Shown here in pieces: positions 34,422 to 34,605 of a stretch of DNA of 34,605 bases; the first letter of the stretch is position 1; each line of letters starts with the position of its first letter. Made by a program: the position numbers and the translations under genes. The notes under the pieces were generated by a model that worked only from the letters and a program-made list of their open reading frames with translations, did not search any database and was not told the DNA's origin. Source of the DNA: Pseudomonadota bacterium (GTDB lineage: Bacteria; Bdellovibrionota_G; JALEGL01; DATDPG01); NCBI GenBank assembly GCA_043809315.1, contig JAZDDX010000043.1:1-34605 (forward strand), given 5' to 3'.

Positions 34422-34605
34422 GGCCCCGCCAACTACCAGAAAACAGACTTCCGGTAGTGGATTATCTTGAAGTTCAAGGCGTCTTGAACTAGGTGAACCG
34501 GATGAACCCGAGTCCGGCGGCTCAGTCGTTTATCGCGGATGTGGAGGGGTCCCTTCGGGGGATATTGTCCGGAGAAGGATTGTTGCCCGAAGCGGCCCAT
34601 CATTC

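Overview
GC-rich (about 60% by eye) bacterial chromosomal window. Gene content suggests a diderm organism: a TPR/outer-membrane-type protein, many lipoproteins, BipA and MntP. I see three parts. (i) 1-4.1 kb: a secreted OB-fold-like protein and an ECF-sigma module (TPR/OM protein, ECF sigma with ATGA overlap, membrane anti-sigma, secreted charged protein) closed by a clear Rho-independent terminator. (ii) 4.1-16.5 kb: an accessory-looking stretch in which 1-3-gene modules are separated by eight same-orientation copies, plus at least two decayed fragments, of a ~45-nt repeat (core RTAGGGTACTRCTGGCTRCRCGCGGGGGACGCCAAA). The modules are a Cys-rich lipoprotein, an FGE-domain lipoprotein, a small-protein + nucleotidyltransferase-fold pair, a methyltransferase, an esterase, an isochorismatase, a manA-GT4/six-hairpin-GH130 mannoside operon, a papain-like hydrolase candidate, and SPFH + a micro membrane protein. 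Copies sit at gene 3' ends; two abut the stop codons of minus-strand genes. Adjacent copies are most alike. This resembles an integron cassette array or CALIN (or an oriented REP family), but the genes are on both strands and I find no integrase, transposase, RAYT or CRISPR. I flag it as the most likely novel system. (iii) 16.6-34.6 kb: mostly core-type genes (lipoproteins including a paralogous pair with one frameshifted copy, CmcI-like methyltransferase, RRM RNA-binding protein, NMO-family oxidoreductase, M28 peptidase, DEAD-box helicase, second isochorismatase, TypA/BipA, kinase-like membrane protein, alanine aminotransferase, B12-binding radical SAM, MntP). No rRNA or tRNA genes, IS elements or CRISPR arrays are supported. 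Many long ORFs in the six-frame track are antisense artefacts of high GC.
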